From: a virus
Length of the DNA: 59,891 nt
Reading direction: 5' to 3' (one strand)
IMG/VR virus record: IMGVR_UViG_3300006111_000001
The translations under genes and the position numbers were made by a program. Below are positions 8,501 through 18,625 of this stretch, one piece after another; the first letter of the stretch is position 1; each line of letters opens with the position of its first letter. The notes beneath the pieces were generated by a model. That model was not told the DNA's origin. It searched no databases and saw only the letters and a list, made by a program, of their open reading frames with translations.

Positions 8501-11047
8501 CGCAATATCGCCCCGATCATTGCCAATTCCGCCATAAGATCGAACAAAATCGGTTAGCGTCGAAGGGCGCGCAGGAACCTTGGAATAAAGCTTTTGCTTT
8601 GAACTAGGGCCAAATTTTAGGTTTGACTCTTGTGGTGGTCCAATGCCTTCAACCTTAGCTTGACCTCCGCCCGCGCCGACCGTTCCAGATTTTTGTATAG
8701 CGCCATTTGTTCCGGTGTCAGGTCCGGACGCATTGACGCCACTGTCAGCACCTTCACTTCGTGCCGGGCTTTCGCCAGGTCCGTTTCCAATTCTTCCAGG
8801 CTGTAATTCATCCGAAATCTCCGAAGCATGTTCATCAGCTACCGCGTGACGCTCATCACGCACCCTATCGCCAACGACCTTTGCTTGGTTCCCCGGCGTG
8901 TGTTCCGCATCGCCTTCATGCAGCGTTGCAAAATCAGCCCCCAAAGCACGATCCGGCGCTATTGTAACCTTTTCCGGGTTGGTTGACAAAAGCCTATCGA
9001 ACACGTCCCGAATATCGTCATTGATAGGCGATTTCAGCCGGGTCACGGTTTCATAAATCTTGGTCAGCCATTGTTTAAATTGATCAAACACCCGCGCTAG
9101 GGTTTGGCTTGGCGCGCGGCCTTCCATCAAATAACGTTCAAACCCGCGCGCAAACTTTTCATGCGCCCGCGTCGGTATGGCCTCATCCTCGCTAACCCCA
9201 AGCCATTTACGCACCGTTGCAGCATCCGCCTTAATTTGATCCGGTGCAGCCTCATGAACGGCATCGGCCATCATTTCTTCTAGAAACTTATGGCCGGTTT
9301 CATGGATAAAAGTTGACGCATCGGCGCCCTTGAACAGTTTGATAATTGTCTTATTTTCCCGGAATTGAACAGAACCCCGCTTGGCTTGCTCATATTCCTT
9401 GGCCGTGATTTCCGGCGCTTGATCCTTTTTTTGCGCCATTTCCCGCACACGTTCGCGCGCGGCTTGGATGACGGCCCCATCCCGGTTAAACAATTCCAAC
9501 GGCGATCCCAGCTTGCCGCCCATGCGCGCCGCCCGTGTTTCATACCTTGCCGCGATTAATTGAGCAGCGGCTTCCGCTTCATCCCTTGGCCGTCCGGCAT
9601 CTTCCAATTGACGCGCGACCCTAGAGGCAATTTGCGCCTTTTGTTGTTCAATCGGCAATTCTGTTTTGGCCGGTGTCTCGTCAGGCTTTACACCCTCCGC
9701 CGCAGGTTCACCCGGTTTAGTCTCGACCGGCTTGGCCGTTTCAGTGACCGTTTCATTTTTCGGTTGCGCAGTTTCCGTTTCACCTTGCTCCCGGCCCTGA
9801 ACGCGCGCCTCATCAACGGCTTGCTCGACTTCCGGTGCGGCTTCTTGCGGCATACGCTCTTGCGCTTCCCGATATGCTTTTGTCACATCCGGCGCTAAAT
9901 CGCGCATTTTATAATCATTTTCTTGCAGCACGCGGCGGATGCGCGCCATGTCCGGCGAATCCAGCTTGGCCGTGCTTTCAATTTCGTCCAATTGATCCCG
10001 CAAATCAGATAACCGGCCCGCTTGACGTTTGGTCAAACGATCTTCGACACCATTAACCTTGGCTAAAATATCGTCAATTTCGCTATTGATTGATTTTACA
10101 TCTTCCCGGTTAGCGTGTGCTTCATCGCGCGTTTCCGACAGCTCATTGAGCCATTTGCGATAGGTATCGCGCCGCGCCACCAAAGCATCGTATTTTTCAA
10201 ACGTATCGGGATCAATTTGACGCGCAATAGAATGAATATCCGGCTGTGCTTCTTGCGTTGTGGCTTGAACCGGCGTTGCCTCCGGTGTCGCTTGAGCCTC
10301 CGCCCCAGCCGCCCCTTGTTCGGCAAGCTGATCTTCTAACGGTTTGACACTGGATTTTAAATCATCCGCCAATGCACCATCGGCCAATGGTTCAGGTTCT
10401 TTCAGTCCAAAATAAACCGCGTCATCCCCGCCAATGACTTTGTTCTTAATGGCATCATTCCAAAACTTTGCCGGTGCCGGATGAAACTTTGACCCAAATG
10501 GAAAGCCCATGGCTTCCATGTCCATAATGCCCGTTACGTCCCGTCCCAGCTTATTCAAGCCAAACACGCCACCCGTTGCATTATTGGCTTCTTCACCCGC
10601 CTGAACGATACCCGCTTGGACGCCGCTATACCCCGCCGCACCTACTCTTAAAGCTGCATTTGCCGCCATGACCGCAGGGCGCATGAACGTATCATTAAAC
10701 CCACCCATGAAACTGGGTTTTTTGGGATCGTTAAACCAACCCAGTTTTTTAAAGAAATCTTCGCTTTCCGGAGACAACGCCATTCCTTCCCAGCCGGTTT
10801 TTACGCCGCCCACAAAAGCATCAGTAATCCTGCCTTCCGGTGTCCCCTTGAACCATTGATTAAATTGGTCAGACGTATTGGCTAAAGGCTGAATAGGCGG
10901 CACTTTTGGCAGACGCGCATCAACACCCGGATAAAATGGCCCAGGTTGAGCAGGCGCATGCTGATCCAGCAATGAATCAACGTCCATTGACTGATTCGGC
11001 GCATGCGCATCCAATAAATCATCGACAGATGACGGCTGATCGGTCAT
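5567..11047 (-). CDS. Giant internal virion/ejection protein (T7 gp16-like position), polyvalent, with HExxH zincin-like motif
   Basis: 1826 aa; last gene of a gp11-gp16-like series. Contains a long acidic, probably coiled region (aa ~220-500) and the motif ...ASTFIHETGHKFLEEMM... (HExxH, codons ~9290..9304). Confidence 0.5.
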   Translation of the reverse strand: MTDQPSSVDDLLDAHAPNQSMDVDSLLDQHAPAQPGPFYPGVDARLPKVPPIQPLANTSDQFNQWFKGTPEGRITDAFVGGVKTGWEGMALSPESEDFFKKLGWFNDPKKPSFMGGFNDTFMRPAVMAANAALRVGAAGYSGVQAGIVQAGEEANNATGGVFGLNKLGRDVTGIMDMEAMGFPFGSKFHPAPAKFWNDAIKNKVIGGDDAVYFGLKEPEPLADGALADDLKSSVKPLEDQLAEQGAAGAEAQATPEATPVQATTQEAQPDIHSIARQIDPDTFEKYDALVARRDTYRKWLNELSETRDEAHANREDVKSINSEIDDILAKVNGVEDRLTKRQAGRLSDLRDQLDEIESTAKLDSPDMARIRRVLQENDYKMRDLAPDVTKAYREAQERMPQEAAPEVEQAVDEARVQGREQGETETAQPKNETVTETAKPVETKPGEPAAEGVKPDETPAKTELPIEQQKAQIASRVARQLEDAGRPRDEAEAAAQLIAARYETRAARMGGKLGSPLELFNRDGAVIQAARERVREMAQKKDQAPEITAKEYEQAKRGSVQFRENKTIIKLFKGADASTFIHETGHKFLEEMMADAVHEAAPDQIKADAATVRKWLGVSEDEAIPTRAHEKFARGFERYLMEGRAPSQTLARVFDQFKQWLTKIYETVTRLKSPINDDIRDVFDRLLSTNPEKVTIAPDRALGADFATLHEGDAEHTPGNQAKVVGDRVRDERHAVADEHASEISDELQPGRIGNGPGESPARSEGADSGVNASGPDTGTNGAIQKSGTVGAGGGQAKVEGIGPPQESNLKFGPSSKQKLYSKVPARPSTLTDFVRSYGGIGNDRGDIAALFGGKRNGGVLRKTGKDIDRVAQAAEEAGFFPELGGERPTINQFLEKLTRDVNGDHQFSDFDYDKVKAYQDALNHNSEVDRIAGELGIKADGMSHSEFWNEVASRMSTEEQLKEIHSQEADFERELRHAEEWAKSHLEAKGDAWEGDNVPDYDNPRTEEDLENEYRAEESARGPIKSADDGGQSGPAGGGAVDVQESSGSRGRSTRSNGSKTEYPAGPNERFATDESDLVDKAGNIRLDNLNTPEDVKEVLRQTAADNEDFMAARRGVISAGEQLDLADALGMNAAKLNWRRIGEAFNAEQILAARKLLIQSATEVRDLMAKAANGSDADVMAYAKARQRHLMIQEQVAGITAEAGRALGAFRKLEGSADAEALAQFFQSTIGRTPEQLRQEAQFGMNLQTPGQVAKFVNDSARGSIKNAILEYYVNALISGPITHARYSVGNALNALARPLIEIPVASAVGAAREALGYEVKNRVYLGEAGAQLYGMMKGSSDGLMAATQAFKTGISPALPGEKVSGHFTDMNTRAIPGKVGEIINVPSKSVAAIHSFFKSLRYEQNIQSLAYREAMNDGLTGDAFKGRVAELTQKPTPEMMIAASADAMKELFMAPADYNSFSGKLTAAANSNLAAKIIVPFMKIGTQITREAFIERSPIGLLDRDVRGNLSGQNGGSAQDMQFGKIATGTALIGTSVMMTLNGLMTGDGPADPNERRVWLMANKPNHITIGDVSVAYDRLGPFAMLMRFGANMTEAAHGWDGEDGTVLAKAAFEGFNKAVLDETFMKGLSDMLNAVFHPEEYGESYIRGMVINWMPFSVGMSQVAHAVDPYQREARTLLDAAKAKVPFVSIGLLPKRDMFGEPIPQSGTADRYANDSVVKEMNALGLGVGKLRRSIRGQDLTDEQYDQYAQTAGRLAKMRLNALVQNPGWQQIPKNIRAETITKTISSSRTAAANMIAAQSVGGPNDIIKGAMEDKMRARNGE

Positions 11048-13389
11048 TGCATTGGCACCGTGGGCTTATAGGCTTCGGTTGCCCATTTGTTATCTAGCAA
11101 AGCTTTTCGCGCTTGGTCGCGCGTGATTTTGCCTTGATTGAAAGCCGTTAGCACATTTTCCTTTGTGGACAAATCCACCGCAGCGGCTTTAACGGGCGCC
11201 GTCTGAGTTGGGACAACCGATTGCGGATTGCCCACCAATACGTCAGCTTGCCATTGATTAAACGGGCGCGCATACCCTTTAGTTAATTCGCCCAAAGATT
11301 CCGGGTTTCCAAAACTCAATAATTTGGCCGGTGGAATGCCTTTTGCCCGACCCTCTTTGTAAGCATCGACAAATGACCCCAAGAAATTTTGATAAAGTTG
11401 ATCCCCCTTGGGATCAACAAACCCCATGTGCTCATTCGAGCCTGTAATTTGACCCTTGGCGGCTTTTAAAAACTCTGTTTGCAATTGCTTTTCGGAATCA
11501 TTTTGCGCCATCAGGGTTTGAAGGTGCTTAAGCCCCTCAAAATTCAACCCGCCATCTTTGAAATGCTGCATTAATTGTGATGGATCGGTAATTTGTGGCC
11601 CATTAGGTGACGGCGCCAAAACTTGCGCGACCAAATCGGGAAAATCCTTGCCATACAACGCCGCGTCTTTGTTCACTCCATGCGCCGCTGCCGTCAAAAC
11701 ATGTGTTTGAATGCTCGTGGCAAATTGCGGAGAATGCGCCATTGACCGTTCCCACGCGGCTTTCACGTCAGGACTAATCGAGGTCAGTTGTTCAATAGAC
11801 GTGGGTTTTTGACCCGTCCGGTTTAATTCCCCGCTGACAGCCTGAACGACCAAATCATTGTCCGCCTTATAAGACATTTCCTGTTGGCGGATTTGGTCAC
11901 CCAATCTCTGCTCAACCCGCGACCGGGCCAAATCCCTGAATTGTTGATCCCCAGGCCGTTGCGCTTCCGCTTGATCTTCCGCTTGCTTGACAATCGCCGC
12001 ATAATTCTGCCGCAAATAATCCGTCGAGGTCAGCATGGGCCGGTTATCGTTCCCAGCCGCATTTGCAACTTTGGTCGGTTTTTGACCCGCGAAAGCTTGT
12101 TCGATTCCTTGCGTTACGGACGTATCGTCAAACGCCGCTCGATCCGCTTGACCCTTTTCAGCGGGAACAATTGCCTTGATTAAGGACGATACCGCCGTTT
12201 TGTCATCCATATTTGGCACCGCATTGGGCGCAAGCCCGGATGCCCTGGACACATTATTGACCCAATTATCCACTTCACTTTGTGGCTGATCCTTGCCCAC
12301 CCATTTGCGCCCGATTTCCGCAAGTGTCATTCCCCGGTAATTATTACGAAGATTGGATGCCGTCGCGTTCACCCCATCGGCAGGTGTCGCATAGTTTTCA
12401 AAATCCGGCACATTATTGGCAATGCCATAAGCAGATTTGATATTTCCAGGGTTATTAGACCCTTTATTCAGCCCATTGGTAAATGTCTGGGTCGCTGTTC
12501 CAATGACATTATCGGCAATGGACCGGGTTTGCGCGTCTTTAATCTTGGGCTGCAAAAACGCTTCAATCTGAACTTGAGCCGTGCCGGGAATGCGCGACCG
12601 ATTGTCTTGAAACAATTTTGCCGCCATATCGACATTGGAATTGGACAGCGTGCGCAGTCTTTCTTCCCATGCCTTACCCACGGCGGTATCTCGAACGGAT
12701 TGATAAACGGACGACGCCCGCTTGCCATTTTCGCTGTCGTCAAATGATAACAACCCATCATCTTGTTGGGTCATGCCCGTACCAGCATCCCATCCTTGGG
12801 TTTGCATTTGACGCGCCACGCCAAAATTCACGTCATGCAAAATATCTTCAAACCGCATGTCATTGGCGGCAATGGATGAATCCCCAGCCCTTGAGACAGC
12901 CGTTAAAACCGACGCATGGGCGGAATCCGCGTCCGCCTTTTTAACTTGGGTCGCGGAATAATTATTGGCATCCGAAAGCGCATAACCCTCATGCCTTAAT
13001 GCCAATGTGGTAAACGCTTTTTGAACCGCAGGATTGGGCAGCGTTTCTAACAATTGTTGACGTAAATCTTGAACGTCTTGACTATATTGAGGAAGGGCCG
13101 CAACCGCCGCCAAGCCCTCTTTTGACTTATACGCCGCGCTCAATTTGGACAATTGGTCCATATAAGTTGTTTCGGCATTTGTGGCCATTGTCTCGTTCAG
13201 CATGCCTTGTTGTTTCAGGGCAATATCACCAGCTTCTTGACCGGCATGCTGAACCGATTGACCCAATCCCGAAATAGCAGACGCAACCCCGGCGCCAAAC
13301 GCATCCGGAGACGCATTGACATTCAAAAACCCACCGGATGGTCCGTTAGGTTGAACGCTCGGTATGGCGTCGGGCGTTGCAATGGGCAT
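11044..13389 (-). CDS. Internal core protein (T7 gp15-like by position and size)
   Basis: 781 aa, helix-rich, between the gp14-like and gp16-like ORFs; start/stop overlaps (ATGA) with neighbours. Confidence 0.45.
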   Translation of the reverse strand: MPIATPDAIPSVQPNGPSGGFLNVNASPDAFGAGVASAISGLGQSVQHAGQEAGDIALKQQGMLNETMATNAETTYMDQLSKLSAAYKSKEGLAAVAALPQYSQDVQDLRQQLLETLPNPAVQKAFTTLALRHEGYALSDANNYSATQVKKADADSAHASVLTAVSRAGDSSIAANDMRFEDILHDVNFGVARQMQTQGWDAGTGMTQQDDGLLSFDDSENGKRASSVYQSVRDTAVGKAWEERLRTLSNSNVDMAAKLFQDNRSRIPGTAQVQIEAFLQPKIKDAQTRSIADNVIGTATQTFTNGLNKGSNNPGNIKSAYGIANNVPDFENYATPADGVNATASNLRNNYRGMTLAEIGRKWVGKDQPQSEVDNWVNNVSRASGLAPNAVPNMDDKTAVSSLIKAIVPAEKGQADRAAFDDTSVTQGIEQAFAGQKPTKVANAAGNDNRPMLTSTDYLRQNYAAIVKQAEDQAEAQRPGDQQFRDLARSRVEQRLGDQIRQQEMSYKADNDLVVQAVSGELNRTGQKPTSIEQLTSISPDVKAAWERSMAHSPQFATSIQTHVLTAAAHGVNKDAALYGKDFPDLVAQVLAPSPNGPQITDPSQLMQHFKDGGLNFEGLKHLQTLMAQNDSEKQLQTEFLKAAKGQITGSNEHMGFVDPKGDQLYQNFLGSFVDAYKEGRAKGIPPAKLLSFGNPESLGELTKGYARPFNQWQADVLVGNPQSVVPTQTAPVKAAAVDLSTKENVLTAFNQGKITRDQARKALLDNKWATEAYKPTVPMQ

Positions 13390-13925
13390 TAGATCACACC
13401 GGCCATTTTATACCCAGCCGCTTGACCGGATAGTGAAGATGCCCCGCTTAACAATGAACTAAACGCGCCAATCTGTCCCGCAGCCGCCGCATTCTCGCCT
13501 TTGAGCGTATCCAATTGAGAATCCGCCTGAAACCCAGCACCCTCAAGGTCATAGCCATAGGCTTGCTTGGCGGCATTGGATCGAACGGTTAAAGCGTTTA
13601 ATTGTCCGGTTTCCGCCGCCGATGACCGCACGTCCACAGATGACCCGGAATTAACATCGACTCCAGACGCAGCTTGAGCGGCCTTAATAGCCCCCAATTC
13701 TTGCCGATTTTTTTGCCCTTCATTGGCGGTTTGCTGTTCGCCCGCAACAGACGCCACCCGCGACTTTTCCCCGGCGATAATGGCGTTATTTTGCGCGACT
13801 TGAGCTTGATAATTTGCCGCCGCTCGCTGCGCTTCGCCTTGACGAATATTGCCAAGGATCGAAACGCCAGTCCCCACACCCGCCGTTGCCAATGCTGCAA
13901 TTGCTAATGTAGTTGGTTCACACAT
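13389..13925 (-). CDS. Internal virion protein (T7 gp14-like by position)
   Basis: 178 aa, Ala/Gln-rich with hydrophobic N-terminus; synteny only. Confidence 0.4.
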   Translation of the reverse strand: MCEPTTLAIAALATAGVGTGVSILGNIRQGEAQRAAANYQAQVAQNNAIIAGEKSRVASVAGEQQTANEGQKNRQELGAIKAAQAASGVDVNSGSSVDVRSSAAETGQLNALTVRSNAAKQAYGYDLEGAGFQADSQLDTLKGENAAAAGQIGAFSSLLSGASSLSGQAAGYKMAGVI

Positions 13926-14378
13926 TTACCGCCTCAATTCAAATCGCCGAAACAAGGCCCGCTTTGGTCCAAATTCAACGGGCGGACCAAGATCAAACCC
14001 CAGAATCAAAAGAAACCCACAGGCTTGCACGTAGGATGCCAGCACATAATTTTCCAATAAAGGAAACATTGCTTGCATCTTGGCCACTTCGCGCCGCCCT
14101 TCCCTTACAAAAGAAAATGGCACGCGCTCAATAGCCTCAGACGTTAAAAGCCATGGATAACCCACACCCGATAAGACCGATCCGCCAACCCCAAACATGC
14201 ACGCAATGTCGCCATCAACAAATGCCGTGCGTCGAATAATGCTACCACGAAACGCCTTAAACAGCGCCCGATTGGGCGACATGCCCACGGACGTTAATTC
14301 TAATTTATCACCCCGACGCAGCTTATCTGCCAACATCGAAACGTGATTTAATTGCGCGGGAACAATTTGATACCTCAC
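13926..14378 (-). CDS. Small virion protein (T7 gp13-like by position)
   Basis: 150 aa; directly downstream of the tail-tubular-B-like gene; synteny only. Confidence 0.35.
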   Translation of the reverse strand: MRYQIVPAQLNHVSMLADKLRRGDKLELTSVGMSPNRALFKAFRGSIIRRTAFVDGDIACMFGVGGSVLSGVGYPWLLTSEAIERVPFSFVREGRREVAKMQAMFPLLENYVLASYVQACGFLLILGFDLGPPVEFGPKRALFRRFELRR

Positions 14379-17300
14379 CCGGCACTATCCCCAACATCAA
14401 ACCATGGCACCATTGCCAAAACCGTCAAAGGTAAAGGTTGCGTTTGCTGGACCGCAATTTGCCCCTTAGTCCCACCCAGCCCATCATTGATATTGTTATA
14501 AATATCCCCGGTGAAAAGGGCATAGGGCTGCAAAGGATTATTTGTCCCGACCGGTGCTGCAAATTGCGTCATATTCAACCATGTAACCGTTGCATTCCCA
14601 GGCTGAACGGATTGATCCGGCTGATTGGTTCCCACTTCAAAAACAGACCCGGAATTTTCAACCCGAACCGTTGCATTATACGCGACTTTTCTGCGTCCCT
14701 GAACAGTCACTTGCGCTGGAAAATCCAAATACATGGTTTGCAATTGCGCCGTGAACCCAAGGCCCACCACAATATTTGATGCAGCGACCGATAATGTAAC
14801 CGTACCGCCAGACACCACTTGAGGCGCTTGAACCACGCCATCCGCCAAAATTGAAACGGTCATGCCTTCCAAATGGTTCAGCCCATAAACCGTTGTGATC
14901 GGAGTGGCGATTGACCACGTACCCGGCGATTGCGGAATGGGCAGATTATTGGGGTCATTTGGAAAAGTCTGCGTAATTGGCCGCACGACCTGAACAGATA
15001 AATGACTTGAATCAATATAGGATAAAACCGTCAGCAGACCCCCGCCGATCCGGATAACATCGCCCGCTTGGCCATAGCCCGCCGTATTCGACAGCACCGC
15101 CGCACTTGTGGAAAATGTGGTGACGTTGAGCGAAAAAATATTAACAACCGCGCCGCCGCCCTGATTGGTCGGATCGACTACAACAAATTTAGGGTTTGTG
15201 TATCCCGTCAAGGTCCCGATAACCCCCACGGCGGTAATAGCCCCAGCCGTCACTGTTACCGTGCCGATAGCCCCTGATCCGGTTGGATCGTCAATCCGAG
15301 CATAAGTCGTATCGGAATAATTCTGACCTCCATAAGCCAAAACAGGTTGTTGAAGTGTCGGTGTTCCCGTCGCGCTTAAAACGCTGGCATAGGTTTCCGG
15401 TTGATTTTGGGTATAAGACAGCCCGGCATCAACGCACCACGCATCATCTATGGTTTCCCATAGCCGGTCATTCATGCGTTCCAGATAATACGCATTAACC
15501 CCCGCCCCAGGAATATACCGTTGAACCACAAAATAAGCCGCGTCCACCGGAGGCTCAGAAATCGAACAGACCGATTTAAACAAGCCATTGGTGTCATGCC
15601 GTGACCACGCATAAACGTCTTGCTCTTTCAAATAAGTCAGATTGAGCAAAATGCCGTCATCGCGCACGGCCCATAAGAGCTTATTCGGCTCCTCGCACCA
15701 ATCCCACCGCACGATCGTATGGCCATCAAACAGATGGTTTGAAAGCACCGTCAAATCCGTGCCGGTATAGATATTCGTAAAAAAATTATAGCTCAGATCA
15801 CGGACAATAGAGCCTTTTTCCTGAACATAGAGAATGTCAAAATTGACCGGAATGGGCCGGATTGTCGGAGAGCATCCGGTATAGGCTTGCGGCGCGGCAA
15901 ATTGATTTGACGGCGTGATGGCCGTTCCCGATTGCCCCGATCCGGATAATTGCCACGCTCCGCGCCCGGTCAAAACCACCAAGCCCCCAGGCATGTTAAT
16001 CATCCATTGAATGCCATTGACTTGTTGCGACCATGGAGTCCCAACAATCGCATCATCGGCTTTGGTCGGAATAGACCGATCCATATTAGTGAACGCGCCA
16101 GGTTGAGACGCAAAATAAGTGTCCGGATTGTTATACGTGGACGCATAAAACCGGCGTTGCTGGAAATACGCACAAACTCCCGGATAAGTCCCAGTGGACG
16201 GGCCGACTTGAATTGTACCTTGTGCGCCCGATCCGGTTGAATCAATAAATGACAATGTGTCAGAGGTCGAATACCCATGACCCCCATTGTCAATCGTGAC
16301 CCATTGGATTTGACCATCAATAACAACCACTGTACCGGCAAAGCTAGACCCATTGGTCGATGAAATTGATACCGTCACCCCAGCCGTGGAATAACCAGAC
16401 CCCGGATTTGTCACATTAATAGACGTGACCGAGGACGTAGCAAACGGATTGGTATGGATGGGCGGCGATACGGTATAATCAGGCGTGATATTGGCATCCG
16501 TAAAACAGACACCCCGGCTGGTTCCGATATACCCGTAAATCTGGCCCCCCACGGGAGGGGACGCATAAGACACGGGCGCCCGATAAAAATTATAGGATTC
16601 CGCCGTGGTCACTGGATTGCAGTTAATCCGAATGGTCCCGGCTTGCGCGGAAATATTAACCGATGCCACCGTATAAGGTGGAGACGCTATGCTTTCCTGC
16701 CCCGTGACCGCATCAACCGCCGTGGCCACATATTGATAGTAGAAAGACGTTGTGGACGTGGTGACGCTGGATGCAGACGCAAATAAAGCCGTGGGCGCAG
16801 CAATCGCCACATCAAAGCTGGTTTGCGTCAATGTCCAATTGTTATAATTGATCCGGGTTAAATCATAGGGCGGATAGGACGGATGAGTAAGCGTCATCAC
16901 GTCCGCGCTTTGGGTCCATTTTAACAAAGGAAGATCAGACGCGGCGTAAGGCGTTGACACCTCGTAAATGCGCGCCAGCGTTCCCCCGCCGGTCCATAAC
17001 GGCCAATTGGTCGCATCGACATTTCCACCGGTTAAAGGATCAAGCAAAGTGACCCCAATTGGGGACCGCGTGCCAATCACAAATAACCGGCCATTAACTT
17101 CCGGAATACCCCCAATACCAGACGCATAAACCCAATCGCCCGGCGCCCAAAGGTTATTGACCGAAATTAACGCGGGCGAAACATTGTTAAACCCATAAAT
17201 GGGTATTGGTGTTTCGGTGACATAAGCCCCATCAATGGCAAATCTCAAATAATTATCGCCAAATTCAAGTGCTATGCCTTGAGTGACCGAGTATTGAAAC

Positions 17301-17524
17301 GGGATCAAAACAGGCGGCAATGCAGCATTATTGCCCAGCGACCCTTGTTTGCATTGACCCACAAAAGCCGTTCCCGCGCGCGATGCAGCGCCGCCGCGAT
17401 AGGACGCAAAGAAATTGCGCAGCGTCGAACAACCTTTGCGGTATTTATCAAGGTCTGTCCGGCCAAATAATGACGGCGATAATTCACCAGCATTTAGGGC
17501 ATTTTGTAAAATGGGCGCTGTCAT
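14375..17524 (-). CDS. Tail tubular protein B-like (nozzle)
   Basis: 1049 aa; follows the gp11-like ORF with 1-nt spacing. N-terminus (MTAPILQNALNAGELSPSLFGRTDLDKYRKG...) resembles podovirus tail tubular/nozzle N-termini; beta-rich. Confidence 0.5.
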   Translation of the reverse strand: MTAPILQNALNAGELSPSLFGRTDLDKYRKGCSTLRNFFASYRGGAASRAGTAFVGQCKQGSLGNNAALPPVLIPFQYSVTQGIALEFGDNYLRFAIDGAYVTETPIPIYGFNNVSPALISVNNLWAPGDWVYASGIGGIPEVNGRLFVIGTRSPIGVTLLDPLTGGNVDATNWPLWTGGGTLARIYEVSTPYAASDLPLLKWTQSADVMTLTHPSYPPYDLTRINYNNWTLTQTSFDVAIAAPTALFASASSVTTSTTSFYYQYVATAVDAVTGQESIASPPYTVASVNISAQAGTIRINCNPVTTAESYNFYRAPVSYASPPVGGQIYGYIGTSRGVCFTDANITPDYTVSPPIHTNPFATSSVTSINVTNPGSGYSTAGVTVSISSTNGSSFAGTVVVIDGQIQWVTIDNGGHGYSTSDTLSFIDSTGSGAQGTIQVGPSTGTYPGVCAYFQQRRFYASTYNNPDTYFASQPGAFTNMDRSIPTKADDAIVGTPWSQQVNGIQWMINMPGGLVVLTGRGAWQLSGSGQSGTAITPSNQFAAPQAYTGCSPTIRPIPVNFDILYVQEKGSIVRDLSYNFFTNIYTGTDLTVLSNHLFDGHTIVRWDWCEEPNKLLWAVRDDGILLNLTYLKEQDVYAWSRHDTNGLFKSVCSISEPPVDAAYFVVQRYIPGAGVNAYYLERMNDRLWETIDDAWCVDAGLSYTQNQPETYASVLSATGTPTLQQPVLAYGGQNYSDTTYARIDDPTGSGAIGTVTVTAGAITAVGVIGTLTGYTNPKFVVVDPTNQGGGAVVNIFSLNVTTFSTSAAVLSNTAGYGQAGDVIRIGGGLLTVLSYIDSSHLSVQVVRPITQTFPNDPNNLPIPQSPGTWSIATPITTVYGLNHLEGMTVSILADGVVQAPQVVSGGTVTLSVAASNIVVGLGFTAQLQTMYLDFPAQVTVQGRRKVAYNATVRVENSGSVFEVGTNQPDQSVQPGNATVTWLNMTQFAAPVGTNNPLQPYALFTGDIYNNINDGLGGTKGQIAVQQTQPLPLTVLAMVPWFDVGDSAG

Positions 17525-18292
17525 TTAATAACTCAGCCCATCAGCAAACACCACATTATCCCAATTCATTGGGAAGCCGCCCGCAGACCCAAAAGCCCAA
17601 GGCACAGATGACACCATACGAGCCTTGAACCAATCCGGTATGTGGTCTGTATCGTTAATGCCTTCATTGCCCGATCCAGATCGAGCATCCATAATCGCGT
17701 TCTTGGCAATGGCAATCTGATCTTTTAATTGCTGTTCATTCCGGGCCAGCGCATTAATAAAGTAAGACGCAAGATAAGCCGTTGCCGCCGTCAAAAACAA
17801 TGAATCCCACAAATCGGGCACTTGGGTTAAATCCCGCGTGTAAATCAATTGGGCTTGTTCCAAATTGGTCAGAATGACCTTAATCGGACTGCCATTGGTG
17901 TCGTAATCCGTACCCACCACAAAAGGCGTTGTGGTATCCACCGCTTGCGCGGGTTGCCATACCGTTTGACCCGTGGTCAAAGGCACCGTGCTGCCCGTGG
18001 TATTTGTTTGAGTTGGAATGATAAACCGGGCCTCCAAACAATCGGAGGGCCAAGCATATTCATATAAAAAAGGTTGCGGCGGCGGGTTTGAATCCGTGTA
18101 GGATTTCAATTGCGTTAAAGCAATTTGACCGCGCCAGCCGTTCCAAGGCGCCCCCCGCGCCAATGCTTGCATTTTGGGCGTATAAAACAGCTTGGCAATA
18201 TTGGCTTGCGGCGATCCATCATCAAACGATGAAATAGACGTGCGGTTGCCAATTTCAGCCAAGGCAAGATTGCACACATCAACCGCGTTCAT
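17525..18292 (-). CDS. Tail tubular protein A-like (T7 gp11-like)
   Basis: 255 aa. N-terminus MNAVDVCNLALAEIGNRTSISSF...GAPWNGW and C-terminal ...AATAYLASYFINAL follow the pattern of T7 gp11 (…[21 protein letters not shown]…SRGWTF…). Confidence 0.5.
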   Translation of the reverse strand: MNAVDVCNLALAEIGNRTSISSFDDGSPQANIAKLFYTPKMQALARGAPWNGWRGQIALTQLKSYTDSNPPPQPFLYEYAWPSDCLEARFIIPTQTNTTGSTVPLTTGQTVWQPAQAVDTTTPFVVGTDYDTNGSPIKVILTNLEQAQLIYTRDLTQVPDLWDSLFLTAATAYLASYFINALARNEQQLKDQIAIAKNAIMDARSGSGNEGINDTDHIPDWFKARMVSSVPWAFGSAGGFPMNWDNVVFADGLSY

Positions 18293-18325
18293 GCGACAAC
18301 CTCACCTTAACTTTGAACGTGGGGA

Positions 18326-18625
18326 CTATTCGTCCTCCTCGTCCCCTTCGTCATCTTCATCTTCGACAGTGCCATGAATTGCAGCCAATTCGATCCGGCA
18401 TCCGTTTTCAGTCTTGTGAACCGCCGTCACTTCGCACATCAAACGAAGATGCAGCAAATCACCCATATCAACGTCATCGGAAAGCCCCAGCTTTTCCAAT
18501 TCCGTTTCGGTCAAGCACAAACACAGACCCGGCGGCGTATCAGACGGCTCGTAAGCCATCGGCATCATATCTTCAACCTTTTCGCGCGGCGTGCGCTTAA
18601 GGTTCACCATGCCATAGGCGCTCAT
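18326..18625 (-). CDS. Hypothetical acidic protein
   Basis: 99 aa with poly-acidic C-terminus (EDEDDEGDEEDE). Confidence 0.4.
   Translation of the reverse strand: MSAYGMVNLKRTPREKVEDMMPMAYEPSDTPPGLCLCLTETELEKLGLSDDVDMGDLLHLRLMCEVTAVHKTENGCRIELAAIHGTVEDEDDEGDEEDE

Noticed and set aside
13598-13900. 100-aa basic ORF overlapping the gp14-like gene on the same strand
   Set aside because: Alternate frame of a better-supported ORF with K/R-rich composition typical of out-of-frame translation.
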